Origin: Octopus bimaculoides
Taxonomy: Eukaryota
Assembly (NCBI RefSeq): GCF_001194135.2
Contig: NC_069001.1
Coordinates: 15,802,423 to 15,866,422, forward strand
DNA length: 64,000 nucleotides
Reading direction: 5' to 3'
The position numbers and the translations under genes are program-made. Positions 1-12,959 of the stretch are shown one piece after another (positions within the stretch are counted from its first letter, which is position 1; each line of letters opens with the position of its first letter). The notes below the pieces were generated by a model, which saw nothing but the letters and a program-made list of their open reading frames with translations, searched no databases and was not told the origin of the DNA.

Positions 1-1463
1 GAAATGTAGATTTTTGTTTGCAGATTCGGAATCTCTGCACTCGATATAGTGGGTTCCTGTAAAAAAAAATCTCAAAGGGGGTGCAGTCTATTGTCTTTAC
101 TACCTGCGCCCTTTTTAATTTGTTTTGTATTTTTGAGATTTTTGTTTTTTGTCTTTTTTTTTTCAGACTATAAGGTATAGTCAGGGAAAGATCTGGTAAA
201 TATTTCTGGCAGTTCAGCCAAAAAAAAAATAACGAATCGTACAAGCCAATGAGAAAGACTAACATGATCACTTACCTGCTAGAAAGAGTAGGTAAATCTC
301 CTTCAAATCCTACCCTACGGTCTTTAACAAGAAAAAGAAAGGATAATGTAATCTGATATACACAATATCTGAAGAAAAAAGAGGTGGATTGGTCATGGCT
401 GGATTAGTTCTATTGACTCAGGACTGATTATGAGTAGAATCACAAATCATACCAGCCAGCAAGACAACAACCTTATAACAGTCGCTCGACCTACTAGAAA
501 TAGCAGCCAAATCTCCAAATTAAATACATCCTACCATCTTAAATGAGAGACGACACCTTGAATCTTAGAAGCCCTTCAAAAGATATGATAGCCGTAATTT
601 GTTTCTGTTTCATTAAGATCAATTTTTTTAGGGGTATGGGAACTTCCAAGGCTGATGGAAAGAAGGGAGGATCTTAAGTTCAAATAAGAAGCCTTTCCCA
701 AGCATTTATAAGAGAGTGAATTCAATTAAAAGTACCTAAAAACTCGATGGTATGGTTAAACAACATGATACATTATATTGGTGGAGGTAATGAATATGCA
801 CACCACCCATTTTTAACGTAACCCTAAACCCTAACCGCTGAAAATGGGTGGTAAGCATATTCTTTACCTTCGCCCGTTATCTCTACCATCCAGTGAGCCA
901 TAGCAAGATTCGAACTCAAAACAAAACAAAAAATCAGAACGAATACCACAAGGCATCAATCCCCACACTCTAATGATTCTGCCAACCTATCACACTTGAC
1001 AATCTCTTTATTGATTCTTAAACAATGAAAGGAAAAGTTCACCTTCATAGGATTCGAACTCACAGAGTCTCAGGCCGACCAAAGCCTTATGAGTGGATTT
1101 GGTAGACGGAAACTGAAAGAAGCCTGTCGTATATATGAATATATATATATATATATATATATATANNNNNNNNNNNNNNNNNNNNNNNNNNNNNNNNNNN
1201 NNNNNNNNNNNNNNNNNNNNNNNNNNNNNNNNNNNNNNNNNNNNNNNNNNNNNNNNNNNNNNNNNNNNNNNNNNNNNNNNNNNNNNNNNNNNNNNNNNNN
1301 NNNNNNNNNNNNNNNNNNNNNNNNNNNNNNNNNNNNNNNNNNNNNNNNNNNNNNNNNNNNNNNNNNNNNNNNNNNNNNNNNNNNNNNNNNGTCGTCGTTT
1401 ATTTTTAGAATGACATTATAGCGTAGGTGTGAGGGACCAGATTTAGTCAGTTTGAACCATAAA

Positions 1464-1729
1464 TAATAATAATAATAATAAATGCGCCCTTTTAAAGCCT
1501 AGCAGGCTCATGGGCCCGGTTTCCCGGTTTCAATGGCGTATGTGTTCCCTAGCTGGACGAGACGCCAGTCCATTGCAGCGTTACTCATTTTTGCCAGCTG
1601 AGTGGACTGGAGCTACGTGAAATGAAGTGTTTTGCTCAAGAACACAACACGTCACCCGGTCCAGGAATCGAAACCACAATCTTGCAATCATGATGCTGAC
1701 ACCCTAACCACTAAGCCACGCACCTCCAC
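1464..1729 (-). mobile_element. tRNA-derived SINE with (TTA)n tail (related copy at ~42760-42990)
   Basis: 12-bp TSD TTGAACCATAAA at 1452-1463 and 1730-1741; A/B-box-like head on the minus strand. Confidence 0.8.
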
Positions 1730-4269
1730 TTGAACCATAAAGCAGGTGGAATATTTTGGCCAGATATAGCCAGTTTAAATGCTAAAGGGTTGAGTGTTTT
1801 GCTCAAGAACACAATACATCATCCAGTTCAGGAATCAAAACCACAATATTGCAATGAGTGCAACACTGTGACCACCATGCTACACACCCTCACTTTATCA
1901 ATTCATTGCCCTAAAAAAATGCTTTCTATCATAAATCTACTCCATTATGGTTGATCCAAGAGTAAATAATCCTTTCTACTGGAAACACAAGGCCTCAAAT
2001 TTGGGAGAAGGTATTAAGTTGATTACATCAACTCCAGTGCATAACTGGTACTTATTTATTTGACCTCGAAAGGATAAAAGGCAAAGTCAACCTCGGTGGA
2101 ATTTGAACTCAGGATGTAACAGTGGAAGAAATACTGCTAAGCATTTCACCCGGCATGCTAACAATTCTGCCAGCTCACTGCCTTTCTAAGACTAAATAAA
2201 GACAATATTCTTTAGTTCTGCTATATTACACACTTTGAAGACAGAAACAGGATCAAACATTGCTGCTGAAAGATAATGGTTAAGCAGTCTATGAATCCAT
2301 GAACCTCTTAAGCCCCATTGTTGGAGCATCTATAACACCTACTTTATGATGTTACTCAACATGAGTCAGCTTGATTTTTGCTCAGCTTGGAGCTAGACCA
2401 CAACACTACCTCAGCCTTTGGATGTCTTTAACATAAAACTTTCTGTTGCAAGCATTTAGACTAAAACCTTATATTTTACCTTTTAATTATTTCAGTCATT
2501 AGACCGCAGCTATGCTGAGGTACTGCCTTGAAGAATTTTCTAGTCAAATGAATCGACCCCAGGATTTATTTTTTTTCATTTTAAGCCTGGTACTTTTTCT
2601 ATCAGCTCTCTTTTGCCAAACTACAAAGTTATGGGAATATAATTACACCAGCACCAGTTGCCAAGCAGTGGCAGAGTGGCAAACAGACACAGTCACATAC
2701 ACACATACATATACACAATGAGCTTCTTTCAGTTTCCATCTACCAGAAAAACTCACAAGGCTTTGGTTGGCCCAAGGCTATGGTAGAAGAAGTTTGCTCA
2801 AGGTGTCATGTAGTGGGACTGAACCCAGAACCATGTGGTTGGAAACAAACTTCTTACCACACAGCCACACCTGTGCTTCAGTTCACTCCTCGCCCATGAT
2901 TTTTACTGCAGTCATAGACTTGCAGGTATTGCAGCCATCAGTTTCACCAGCCTGGAAAGTCCGGCAAAAGTCTATAAAGAAAACTCTAAGTGGTTGCTCA
3001 ACCCACTAGAAATAGTGCCCAAATCTCCCTAAAACCACATCTGCAAAAATGATAAAACCAGTAGCATAACTGGGGAAGGGGCAATCCACCCTAGTCAATG
3101 ATTTTATGGGACAGCACTTTTGGGTCTACTGTATAAACCTATATATAGAGCAGGGGAACAGTAAACTCAAGGGCCATCACAGGTGGCACAAACTCCAGCT
3201 ATGCCACTGGATAAAACAGGTTACAAAATATAATCTCAGGTACACTAAAAAATGAGATAATCAGGTTGCACTACCTTTGATTACAAATTTGCTTGATCAT
3301 AATTGATTAGGAACTAAAAAGATAACAGGGGTAATCATCTTTTTTTTTAGACCAGATTAAGCCAAAATCAATAACAAAAACTAAAAAATGATGTGTTATG
3401 GAACAAACCTTCTTTTATAGAATAATGACTATTTTTATCACCCATTATTTCAAGATTATTTTTATCTCATTCCTGATTAAATGTAAGAGGATATCATACC
3501 ATGTAACCAGGAAAATGAAAAATAAAATAGTGATGTCACCCTTGAAAGGAATGTATATTGATTTCAAATTTTGGCACAAGGCCAGCAATTTCTGAAGTAG
3601 GAGTAAGTCAATTATATCAACTCCTGTGCTCAAGTGAAACTTCTTTTATTGAACCCAAAAGGATGAAAGACAATGTTGACCTCAGCAGAATTTGAACTCA
3701 GGACGTACGCTAATGATTCTGCCCTAAAAGGAATGTATATTAGAAGATAAAACTGATAGAAAATTTTGAAGAAAGCTGAAAGGGATTCAGGGGTTTATCA
3801 GAAAGGAGTTAATTTACAAGTAGATTGAGGTAATTTGGCACAGTTATTTGGATAGTGATGATCGGTCATTCAGCTTGTTTCTGTGACAGTATTTTTTGGC
3901 ACTGAAGGTAAACATACAAACACATGCATGCACATGCAGAAATATATGCATACAGATAAAAAGAAAGAGAGAGAAAGAGAGAGAGACTGCAAATATAGAT
4001 ATAAATTTTGACACAAGGCCAGCAATTTCAGGGGAGGGTTTAAGTTGATTACATTGACCCTCAATGCTCAACTGATTCTTATTTTATCAACTCTGAAAGG
4101 ATAAAAGGCAAAGTTGACCCATGCAGAATTTGAACTCAGAATGTAAAGACGGATACAATACTGCGATGGATTTTGCGTGTCATGCCAACAATCCTCCAAC
4201 ACACAGCCTTGACACTGCAACATATTAATTGAATATGATTGACATAAACATTTTCCCCTTTCCTCATAC

Positions 4270-4533
4270 AAAAGCATTGAGCTGAAAATAAAACTGCGTC
4301 TCTACAGCACCATCGTGTTACCAACAGCACTGTATGCCAGTGAAACTTGGAAAGTAACATCAACAATATCCAAGAAACTGGATGTATGCCATCAGAGTGC
4401 TTACGGAAAATATTGAAGATCTCCTATCGTGACCACATAACAAATGCTGCAGTCGTCCAGCGAGCACAGTCAAGAAAGTTGCAAGACATTGTGGCAGAGA
4501 GAAGAATGAGACTAGCCGGGCACATTTTCCACA
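4270..4533 (+). mobile_element. LINE ORF2 C-terminal fragment (RTE-like)
   Basis: KIKLRLYSTIVLPTALYASETW...KKLDV, then a frameshift to CLRKILKISYRDHITN...RRMRLAGHI. Confidence 0.82.
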
Positions 4534-5484
4534 GGCTATACATAGAGGGGACAAACAAGGACAGACAAAGGGATTAAATCGATTACATCTACCCCAGTGC
4601 ATAACTGGTACTTATTTAATCAACCCTGAAAGGATGAAATGCAAAGTCAACCTCAGTGGAATTTGAACTCAGAATGTAATGGCAGACGAAATACTGCTAA
4701 GCATTTCGTCCGGTGTGCTAACCATTCTGCCAGCTCACTGCCCTGATAGCAGAGAAATATTGACAGAAAAAAAATAACTTCTCAGATTTCAATTGATCGG
4801 ATTTTAACTCAATAGAAACTCATAAATCAATGCCAACCAGAACAACTGACCTATNNNNNNNNNNNNNNNNNNNNNNNNNNNNNNNNNNNNNNNNNNNNNN
4901 NNNNNNNNNNNNNNNNNNNNNNNNNNNNNNNNNNNNNNNNNNNNNNNNNNNNNNNNNNNNNNNNNNNNNNNNNNNNNNNNNNNNNNNNNNNNNNNNNNNN
5001 NNNNNNNNNNNNNNNNNNNNNNNNNNNNNNNNNNNNNNNNNNNNNNNNNNNNNNNNNNNNNNNNNNNNNNNNNNNNNNNNNNNNNNNNNNNNNNNNNNNN
5101 NNNNNNNNNNNNNNNNNNNNNNNNNNNNNNNNNNNNNNNNNNNNNNNNNNNNNNNNNNNNNNNNNNNNNNNNNNNNNNNNNNNNNNNNNNNNNNNNNNNN
5201 NNNNNNNNNNNNNNNNNNNNNNNNNNNNNNNNNNNNNNNNNNNNNNNNNNNNNNNNNNNNNNNNNNNNNNNNNNNNNNNNNNNNNNNNNNNNNNNNNNNN
5301 NNNNNNNNNNNNNNNNNNNNNNNNNNNNNNNNNNNNNNNNNNNNNNNNNNNNNNNNNNNNNNNNNNNNNNNNNNNNNNNNNNNNNNNNNNNNNNNNNNNN
5401 NNNNNNNNNNNNNNNNNNNNNNNNNNNNNNNNNNNNNNNNNNNNNNNNNNNNNNNNNNNNNNNNNNNNNNNNNNNNNNNNNNNN

Positions 5485-5514
5485 TTAGGGTTAGGGTTAG
5501 GGTTAGGGTTAGGG
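5485..5514 (+). repeat. (TTAGGG)5 telomeric-type repeat abutting a gap
   Basis: Read directly; the array may continue into the N-run 4855-5484. Confidence 0.95.
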
Positions 5515-6200
5515 TTAATTGTTTCAGAATCGTTTGTTTATGTAGTCGGCACTTAATGTATATCGGCTGAATGGACGTCAGTGATTGGTTGAAATTACAG
5601 AAATACGACAACTTTCACATGGAATAACTTATGGATTTCTTTTTTTTTTAAGAAGACTAAGAGAAAAAGATGTTTTATATGACACATTCTACCAGTGTTC
5701 CAAGTTTCAAAGTGTTTCGTTAATGAAAAATGTGGCCCCCGTTTTAAAAAAGATCCACAGAATACATTATCATCATCATCATTACAATGACTACTTTTCC
5801 ACGTTCGTATGAATCAGATGGAATTTCTTGAAGCAGATTTTCTATGGCCGGATGCTCTTCTTGTCACCAGCTCTCATTTGCTTCCAAGCAAAGTTATATT
5901 TCCCCCTGGCCAAACATGTTTTTCATGAAAGACTGGAAACAAACAACACCACTTGTATGATGATGCTGCTCATTTACAATCATCTGTTGATGTCTAGACA
6001 AGCACCTCACCACACACGCACAGATTAGATACAAGACTGGCTTTTAACAGGTTCCATCTACCAAATCCACTCACAAGGCTTTGGGTCGTCTAGGGCGATG
6101 GTAGAAGACACCTGCCCAAAGTGCTACACGGTGGGACTGAACCCAGAACCATATGGTTGGGAAGCAAGCATCTCAACCACACAGCCATACCTGCATGTAT

Positions 6201-6237
<37 letters not shown>

Positions 6238-7814
6238 GCTAGACAGATAGATAGAGTTTAATAGGAAATTCCTTATAGGTCTGTCTAACATGTAAAACTT
6301 TGTGATTCCAAATAGCAAATGAAACACAAGTAATGGAGAATAAATAATACCAAAATTCCCATTTTGTTATACAATAACTCTGCAAATAAATTTTCCATAA
6401 TTCTCAATTTCTATATGCATTTTGAACTGATATACAGCAGCAACTGAGACTACATATTGGATTGTAATAATAGAATTAGCAGATGTGCTTCAAGCTTTGA
6501 TTGACCCAGGGCTATAATAAAAAACACTTACCCAAGGTGTTGCACAGTGGGACTGAAGCCAAGACCGCATGGTTGGGAAGCAAGCTTCTTAACCACAATG
6601 CCATGTTAGCTCCAACGAATATCTCTTAAATATTGATATACAACCTGTAGACACTTGTTTACAGACTAATCATTGAATGATACCAGAACCAAACACTGCA
6701 ATCTTTTGAATTATACTACTTAACACAGTAATTAAGATTTATAGAATACAGATAGTCAGATCGAAAGCGGCAGAAATAAAAAATATTCATTTCAGATTTT
6801 GGCACAAGGCCAGCAATTTTGGGTGAGAGGATAAATCAATTACATCAACTCCAGTACTCCACTGGTACTTATTTTATTGACCCCGAAAGGATGAAAGATG
6901 AAGTTGACCACTGCAGAGTATGAGGTCAGAATGTAGATGGATGAAATGTCGCTAAGTATTATGCCTGACATCCTAACAATCTTCCAGCATGGCACCTAAA
7001 ATTAACAAATATTGATATTTTTTTTAACAAAATAAACCTACTTCTTCTCAAATTTTCTTCTCAATTTTAAGTTATTTTATTATAATAATTTTTAAAAATA
7101 ATGTACCAGTTTGCTATATAATCAAGGAAGTTTCAGGTTCAGTCCCACTGCATGGCACCTTTAGTGTCTTCTACTATAGCCCAGGCCCAACAACTGCCTT
7201 GTGAGTGTGAATTTGGTAGATGGAAACTATGAGGAAACCTATCATGTGTGTGTGTGCATATGTTTTTGTATTTGCCGCACACCACCACTTGATAACCAGT
7301 GTTGGTTTGTTTGCATTCCCATAACTTAACAGTTTGGCAAAATAAACTAATAGAATAAGTACTAGTCTTAAAATATAAGTGCTGGGGTTAATCTGTTTCA
7401 TTAAAATCCATCAAGATGGTGTCCCAGCATGGCCACAAGTCTAGTGACTGAAACAAGTAACAGAAATCCCTAGAATGAGCAATCAGCGTTAAAGAGGCCT
7501 TAACAAATAATTTAAGACAAGAGGGAAAAAAATGAGGAAAATATATGAAAAGAGAAAATGGGAGACAGTAGTTTTTCATTCATAAAATACAATAAATATC
7601 AGACTTAAAAATAAGTACTGAGATGGATTTCCTTGACAAAACCCTTCAAGGTGGCGCCCCAGCATGGGCACAGACCAAAGACAGAAAAAAAAGTGAAAGA
7701 TAAAAGATGTACAAATCCAGAATCAGCAGATTGATGAAATTTACCCTCTTGGGAGCAGAGCAAGAAATTAATTATGCAATCAGCTAGGAGCTGGTAGCAC
7801 TACACAGATTTTAA

Positions 7815-8036
7815 CCCTTTTGTTACCGTATTTATTTTGGGATGCTCTGTGTTTCTTTCAATTAATTTTAAATATAACAAAGAATTTAGTAAAATAACTT
7901 AGTCATCATTAAGCTAGTGTTAGGAACATAAATTACGACGAAGATTTGGTGGAAGATTTTAATTCAAAACTTATGAAAACAAGATATTTGTACTACAGAG
8001 CCAGAGCCGGTTTCAGCCAGGTTGGTAACAAAAGGG
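7815..8036. mobile_element. piggyBac-like MITE
   Basis: TTAA|CCCTTTTGTTACC...GGTAACAAAAGGG|TTTA: 13-bp TIR, CCC/GGG ends, TTAA-type target site. Confidence 0.8.
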
Positions 8037-8359
8037 TTTAACAAAGCACAAAAATGTCTTAATCCAACTAAAGGCATAAAAACTTAGTAATGAAGAGAGA
8101 AGGAGAAAGGGAAGGGTCAGCCATACAACAGAAGAGGACAGGGAATGGATCAAGCTAGGGTATAGACAGTAAGAGAAGTGTTGTATGGTCTTATGACTTG
8201 TTGAATGAGTTAACTTGAAGCATTTAAAATTTTACTAGATAACAGATTAACTTGGTGTGTACATGATAACAATAGTGTAGAATATTGTTTATAAGATAAT
8301 TATAATTTTTAAGCATATTTTTTTTTTGCCTGGTGTAAAGGGAATGAGGATTTTAGAAT

Positions 8360-9015
8360 TAAAAGCTGGAGAGGAAGTTGGAGAAGGGGTGCACACTATA
8401 GGGCTGGGAGAGCAGTACCACACTATAGAATTGAGAGAGGAGAGAGCACAATGAGGGGCTGAGTAAAGAAGGTGCATATTACAGGCCTAGGAGAATGGAG
8501 AGCACATTGTAGAGCTAGGAGAAAGGGTTACACTGTAGGGCTAGTAGAAGGGAAACACATTGCAAGGCTGGAACAAATGGAAATCACACTGTAGGGGTGG
8601 AAGAAGGAAATTACATTATAAGGCAGAGAAAAGGGGTCGTGAAATTGTAGGACTGGAGATAGGGGGTGTGTATTGCAAATCTGGGAGAAGGGGGACATGT
8701 TATAGACCTGGTTGTAATGGGAGCACATAGCAGAGGTTGGAGAAGAGGAGCATATTGTAATGCTGAGAGATGAAGAAACACATTGTAGGACTGAAGGAAG
8801 GAGAACACATCGGAAGGTTATCAGAAGTGGGAGCACATTTTAGGGCTCAGAGAAGTGGGGACACACCTTAGGGTTAGGAGAAAGGGGAATGCAATTGTAG
8901 GGCTGGGGGAAGGGATGGACATCATAGGGCTGGGAGAAAGGGTGTAGATTAATTGAACTGGGAGACAGAGAAGACACTGTAGGGTTAAAAGAAGGGAGTG
9001 CATACTGTAGGGCCA
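8360..9015. repeat. Degenerate purine-rich minisatellite (~26-28-bp unit)
   Basis: Recurrent cacatTGTAGGGCTGGGAGAaggga-like unit, roughly two dozen diverged copies. Confidence 0.75.
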
Positions 9016-9745
9016 GCTTAAGAGACAAATATCCTGGCACCAGGTAAAACTAGATAAATCGGTTAGATTTATACCCATTTGGGAACCCCTGCTGTAAATG
9101 TAACAAAAATTAGACGATAAAGAAAGTAGAGGTTGTTTGTGTTTGATTAAAGCAGATAAAATCAGAATCTACCAAAATTATGACACACACACACAAGTTA
9201 TGATATACCCCCACACACACACACATAAAGGAGATAAAAATCTGTTGGAATTAGAAGTGAAATTGGTAAATTTTGGGTGTTAAAGTTATGTAGTTAGCTT
9301 TAAGAATATATATTTTATGAATTTACATAAATCATTTCATATATTATCAACACCATTCCTAGTTTAATCTCCTCATAAGATTTTATTGTTTTTATTTCAT
9401 ATTAGACATTGGTGATTCTCAGTATAATATCTACATCAGTTAGACATTCTTTAGCATGTAAATATTCATATACACCCAGCTCTACACTATGAAAACTAAA
9501 ATAGTTTGGTAGGTTAGAACCAAGTGATGCCAAACTGAGAACGTAAGACATCATGATGACAACAATAACAACAACAGCAATAGCAAAGCATCATCATTGT
9601 TATTATTATTATTATTTTTATTCTGCCGAGATTGCCTTTCATCCTTTCAGGGTTGAAAAATTAAGAACCAGTGAAACACTGGGGTCAATGTAATCAACTA
9701 ATCCCCTTCCCCCAAATTTCAGGCCTTGTGCCTTCAGTAGAAAGG

Positions 9746-9787
<42 letters not shown>

Positions 9788-9927
9788 GCTGTTTAAATTC
9801 TGCTGAGGTTAACTTTGCCTTTCATCCTTTCAGGGTTGTAAAATAAGTACAAGTGGAAAACTGGGGTCAATGTAATCAACTAGACCCCTCCTCCAGAATT
9901 TCAGGCCTTGTGCCTATTGTAGAAAAG

Positions 9928-9960
<33 letters not shown>

Positions 9961-11330
9961 TAGCAACCAGACCAAACACTTAGAGGCATTTCATTCACCT
10001 TCATGTTCAGACTTCAATTTCTGCCACGATCAATTTGCTTTTCCTTTTTTCAGAGCTGATCTGATGTAATTGAATAGCCCTCTCCCTCAAAATTTCCGGC
10101 CTTGTTCCTATAGTAGAAAGGGTTATTATTATCATCATCACCATTGGCATCATGATCATGATCATCATTATTATTATTATTGAATATCTTCTCTCTCTTG
10201 TTTGTTTTAGTCATTGGCCTGTGACCTCAGCTGGGGCACTATCTTGAAGGGTTTAGTTGAACAAATAAACCTCACTACCTACTTTTATCAAACCATTAAG
10301 TTATGGGGATACAAACAAACCAACACTAGCTGTCAAACGGTGGGGAGGGCCAATACAGACACAAAGACACACACTTATATGTATGCATACAATGGGCTTC
10401 CACACAGTTTCCATCTATCAATTCCACTCACAAGGCATTGGTTAGCCTGGAGCTATGGTAGATGACACTTGCTCAGGGTAACAAGCGAAGGGACTGAACC
10501 CAAGATCAAGTCATTGCAAAGCAAGCGTCTTAACTGCATTGCTGTGCCTGAACCTATAATAAATAATATAAAACAAATACAATTAATATTTGAAAATAAA
10601 ATCTTGAAACATTATGGGAAAAGAAATTTTTTGATCAATGTTTTTTTGAGTGTCAAAGAAATAAAATATCTTTAAATAATTTTCACAGAAATTTTTTTTA
10701 TTGCAGATTTGATAAGTTTTGCAAGAATAAATAAATAAATAAATAAATAAAATGTAATTTATTTACATAAAACTTCAATGAAATATTTAATTTCAGAGTT
10801 GTATAGTTTGTATGAAGCATTACCTGATATAGATGTTTTTAATTTTTTTTTTCTTTGTGTCAAAACAATGCAAGTCAACGGTTTGTACTGTTACCTTATA
10901 TTTCAATATTTTGGGTTTAGGACCCCTTCTTCAGGAAATCTTTGAAGATCAGCTCACAATACCATATCTCCAAAGATTTCCTGAAGAAGGTGTCCAAATC
11001 CTGAAATACCAAAATACAAGTACAAAGCACTGATACACATTGTTTTGGCTTAGAAAAATGAAAATTAAAAACATTTATATGATTCCAGGTTTCAATAAAC
11101 AGAAAAAAAGTTATCTTGTAAGATCTACTTCCTCAGTTGTTCATGGAAAGCAAAAATATATAAACAAGTAAAGTAAAATGTAATTTTTACATTTCATTTC
11201 CAAAATAAATAAATTCTTGTGTTTTTGTGCAAGAATACTCAAAGACAGATTTCCAAAACAACTTGTGACCAATATAATATTTATAGACACACACAGGTAT
11301 CAGGAATTACTTCAGTTACCATTTCATAAA

Positions 11331-12959
11331 TTATATTGTTTCAAATGCAAGATACTTTTTTAGAAATTCGGGTAATGGCAACTTACTAATTTTTAGTAAT
11401 AGATTTGGCATTAACAAATTCCTCATTAAAAACCGTATTGAATTCTTCAAGGGGAGTGGCTTCTTTCCTAATTCTTCAAAATACTCTTTCTCTTCTTGAG
11501 AGAACTCTCTACAACGATCAATAGCATAGAGATCAAAAAGACTACAAGCTTCCATGAGAAGTTTAAGAAGTTTCTCGTTTTTAGAAATTTTATCAAAATA
11601 ATGCAAGACTCCAAAAGGATTTTTCTTCCTCACAACTGTTGTAAAACCACCAAAGTGAACTATGGCACCATGTTGAATCAAGTTGAGAATAACATCATAA
11701 CTGATAGAATCTTGGTTCCTAAGGTATTCAACAATTGGTGAAAAACAAGGAGCAATGTAATTAATAATATCTGCATGTTTGTTTGGATTGGCACCAGCTT
11801 GAAGTAATAAGTTTATTATTTCTCTTTGGTTTATTGTATTTGTTGCTGCACAAGCCATCATCAGGGCCGTGCAGTTGTCATCAGTAACTTCATCGACATC
11901 AATTGGAAATAAAAGAACTAGTTCAACTAAATCTTCTCGGTCTGTAAGGACAGCAGTATGTAGGGCATTATATTTATAGTTAGGAAATTTTGATGTTCTT
12001 GCATGATGTAACAATAAAGTTCTTGCAATGGTTCGGTTTCCAGCCTCAATTGCAAAATGCAAAGCTGTTTTCTGCTCAAATCTCTCAGGACATTGTAAAT
12101 TGACATCAGCACCATACCTCAATAGCAGACGAGTAGCAAAGATTTCATTTTCTTTTGCTGCTTTCATTAAGGGGCTGACACCACATCGGTTTATCGAGTT
12201 TGGGTTGGCACCATACTGAAGCAAGAGATCAAGGCATTCAATATTCTGAAGTGGCACAAGATTTATTTCAAAACCCATGAAATATCTGCGATTAGCTTTA
12301 GCACCATTCTCCAAGAGAAGTTTTACTATAGCTACATGGTTGTTTTCTAAAGCTAAATTTATTGGCTCAATTGTTAAATCTTCTAAGACTGTCAGTGGTG
12401 TTGGACCGGATGCATCATTGGTCACAGCTGGTGAACTTTGCTCATTCCTTGTATTTAATTCACTTTGGTTTTGTCCTTGATCTTGATTTTCATTTTGGTC
12501 TTGGTTTCCATTTTGGTCTTGGTCGTCAGTCAGAGAAGTTCTAGGTTGTTTAGGAGTATATTCATGAGCTTCAATGTTGATTTTGGCCCCACATCTTATC
12601 AAGTATTTCATGCTCTTCAAGTGACCTTTTCGTGCACATAGATGAAGAGGTGTGTAACCAACGTCATCCCTTGCATTGATGTCAGCTCCATATTTTAACA
12701 AAATTCGAATAATATCTGTATTGTCAGCATAGGAGGCATAATGAATAGGTTTCAGACCACGATTCACATTTCCATTGACATCACCACCGTATTTTATAAT
12801 AATCTCTACATCTGCTACAGGTGCATCATGGGTAATAGCTTCTGCTAAAAGCCTCTGCACTGATTTTCTGTGCAACTCCTCCTCTTCAGCAGAAAGTTTT
12901 CCACGTTTCCGTCTTTCCTTGTTTTCTTCAGATTTGTCTTTAGTTGTGTTTCCATTCTC
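11331..12959 (-). CDS. Ankyrin repeat and SOCS box (ASB-type) protein, main coding exon
   Basis: The 514-aa ORF extends in frame to the acceptor ttacag|GAG at 12959 (ENGNTTKDK...). Multiple ankyrin repeats (KPIHYASY, GYTPLHLCARKGH, GVSPLMKAA, QKTALHFAIEAGN, NCTALMMAC). C-terminal SOCS box PLPLKNSIRFLMR...LPLPEFLKKYL. Confidence 0.93.
   Translation of the reverse strand, partial: ENGNTTKDKSEENKERRKRGKLSAEEEELHRKSVQRLLAEAITHDAPVADVEIIIKYGGDVNGNVNRGLKPIHYASYADNTDIIRILLKYGADINARDDVGYTPLHLCARKGHLKSMKYLIRCGAKINIEAHEYTPKQPRTSLTDDQDQNGNQDQNENQDQGQNQSELNTRNEQSSPAVTNDASGPTPLTVLEDLTIEPINLALENNHVAIVKLLLENGAKANRRYFMGFEINLVPLQNIECLDLLLQYGANPNSINRCGVSPLMKAAKENEIFATRLLLRYGADVNLQCPERFEQKTALHFAIEAGNRTIARTLLLHHARTSKFPNYKYNALHTAVLTDREDLVELVLLFPIDVDEVTDDNCTALMMACAATNTINQREIINLLLQAGANPNKHADIINYIAPCFSPIVEYLRNQDSISYDVILNLIQHGAIVHFGGFTTVVRKKNPFGVLHYFDKISKNEKLLKLLMEACSLFDLYAIDRCREFSQEEKEYFEELGKKPLPLKNSIRFLMRNLLMPNLLLKISKLPLPEFLKKYLAFETI

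Noticed and set aside
5485-5514. True chromosome end
   Set aside because: Ordinary sequence continues on both sides within the scaffold; treated as interstitial until the gap is closed.
12873-12875. TTG start of the 514-aa ORF
   Set aside because: Prokaryote-style start call. The frame is open upstream to a splice acceptor at 12959, and the ATG at 12955 is out of frame and stops quickly.
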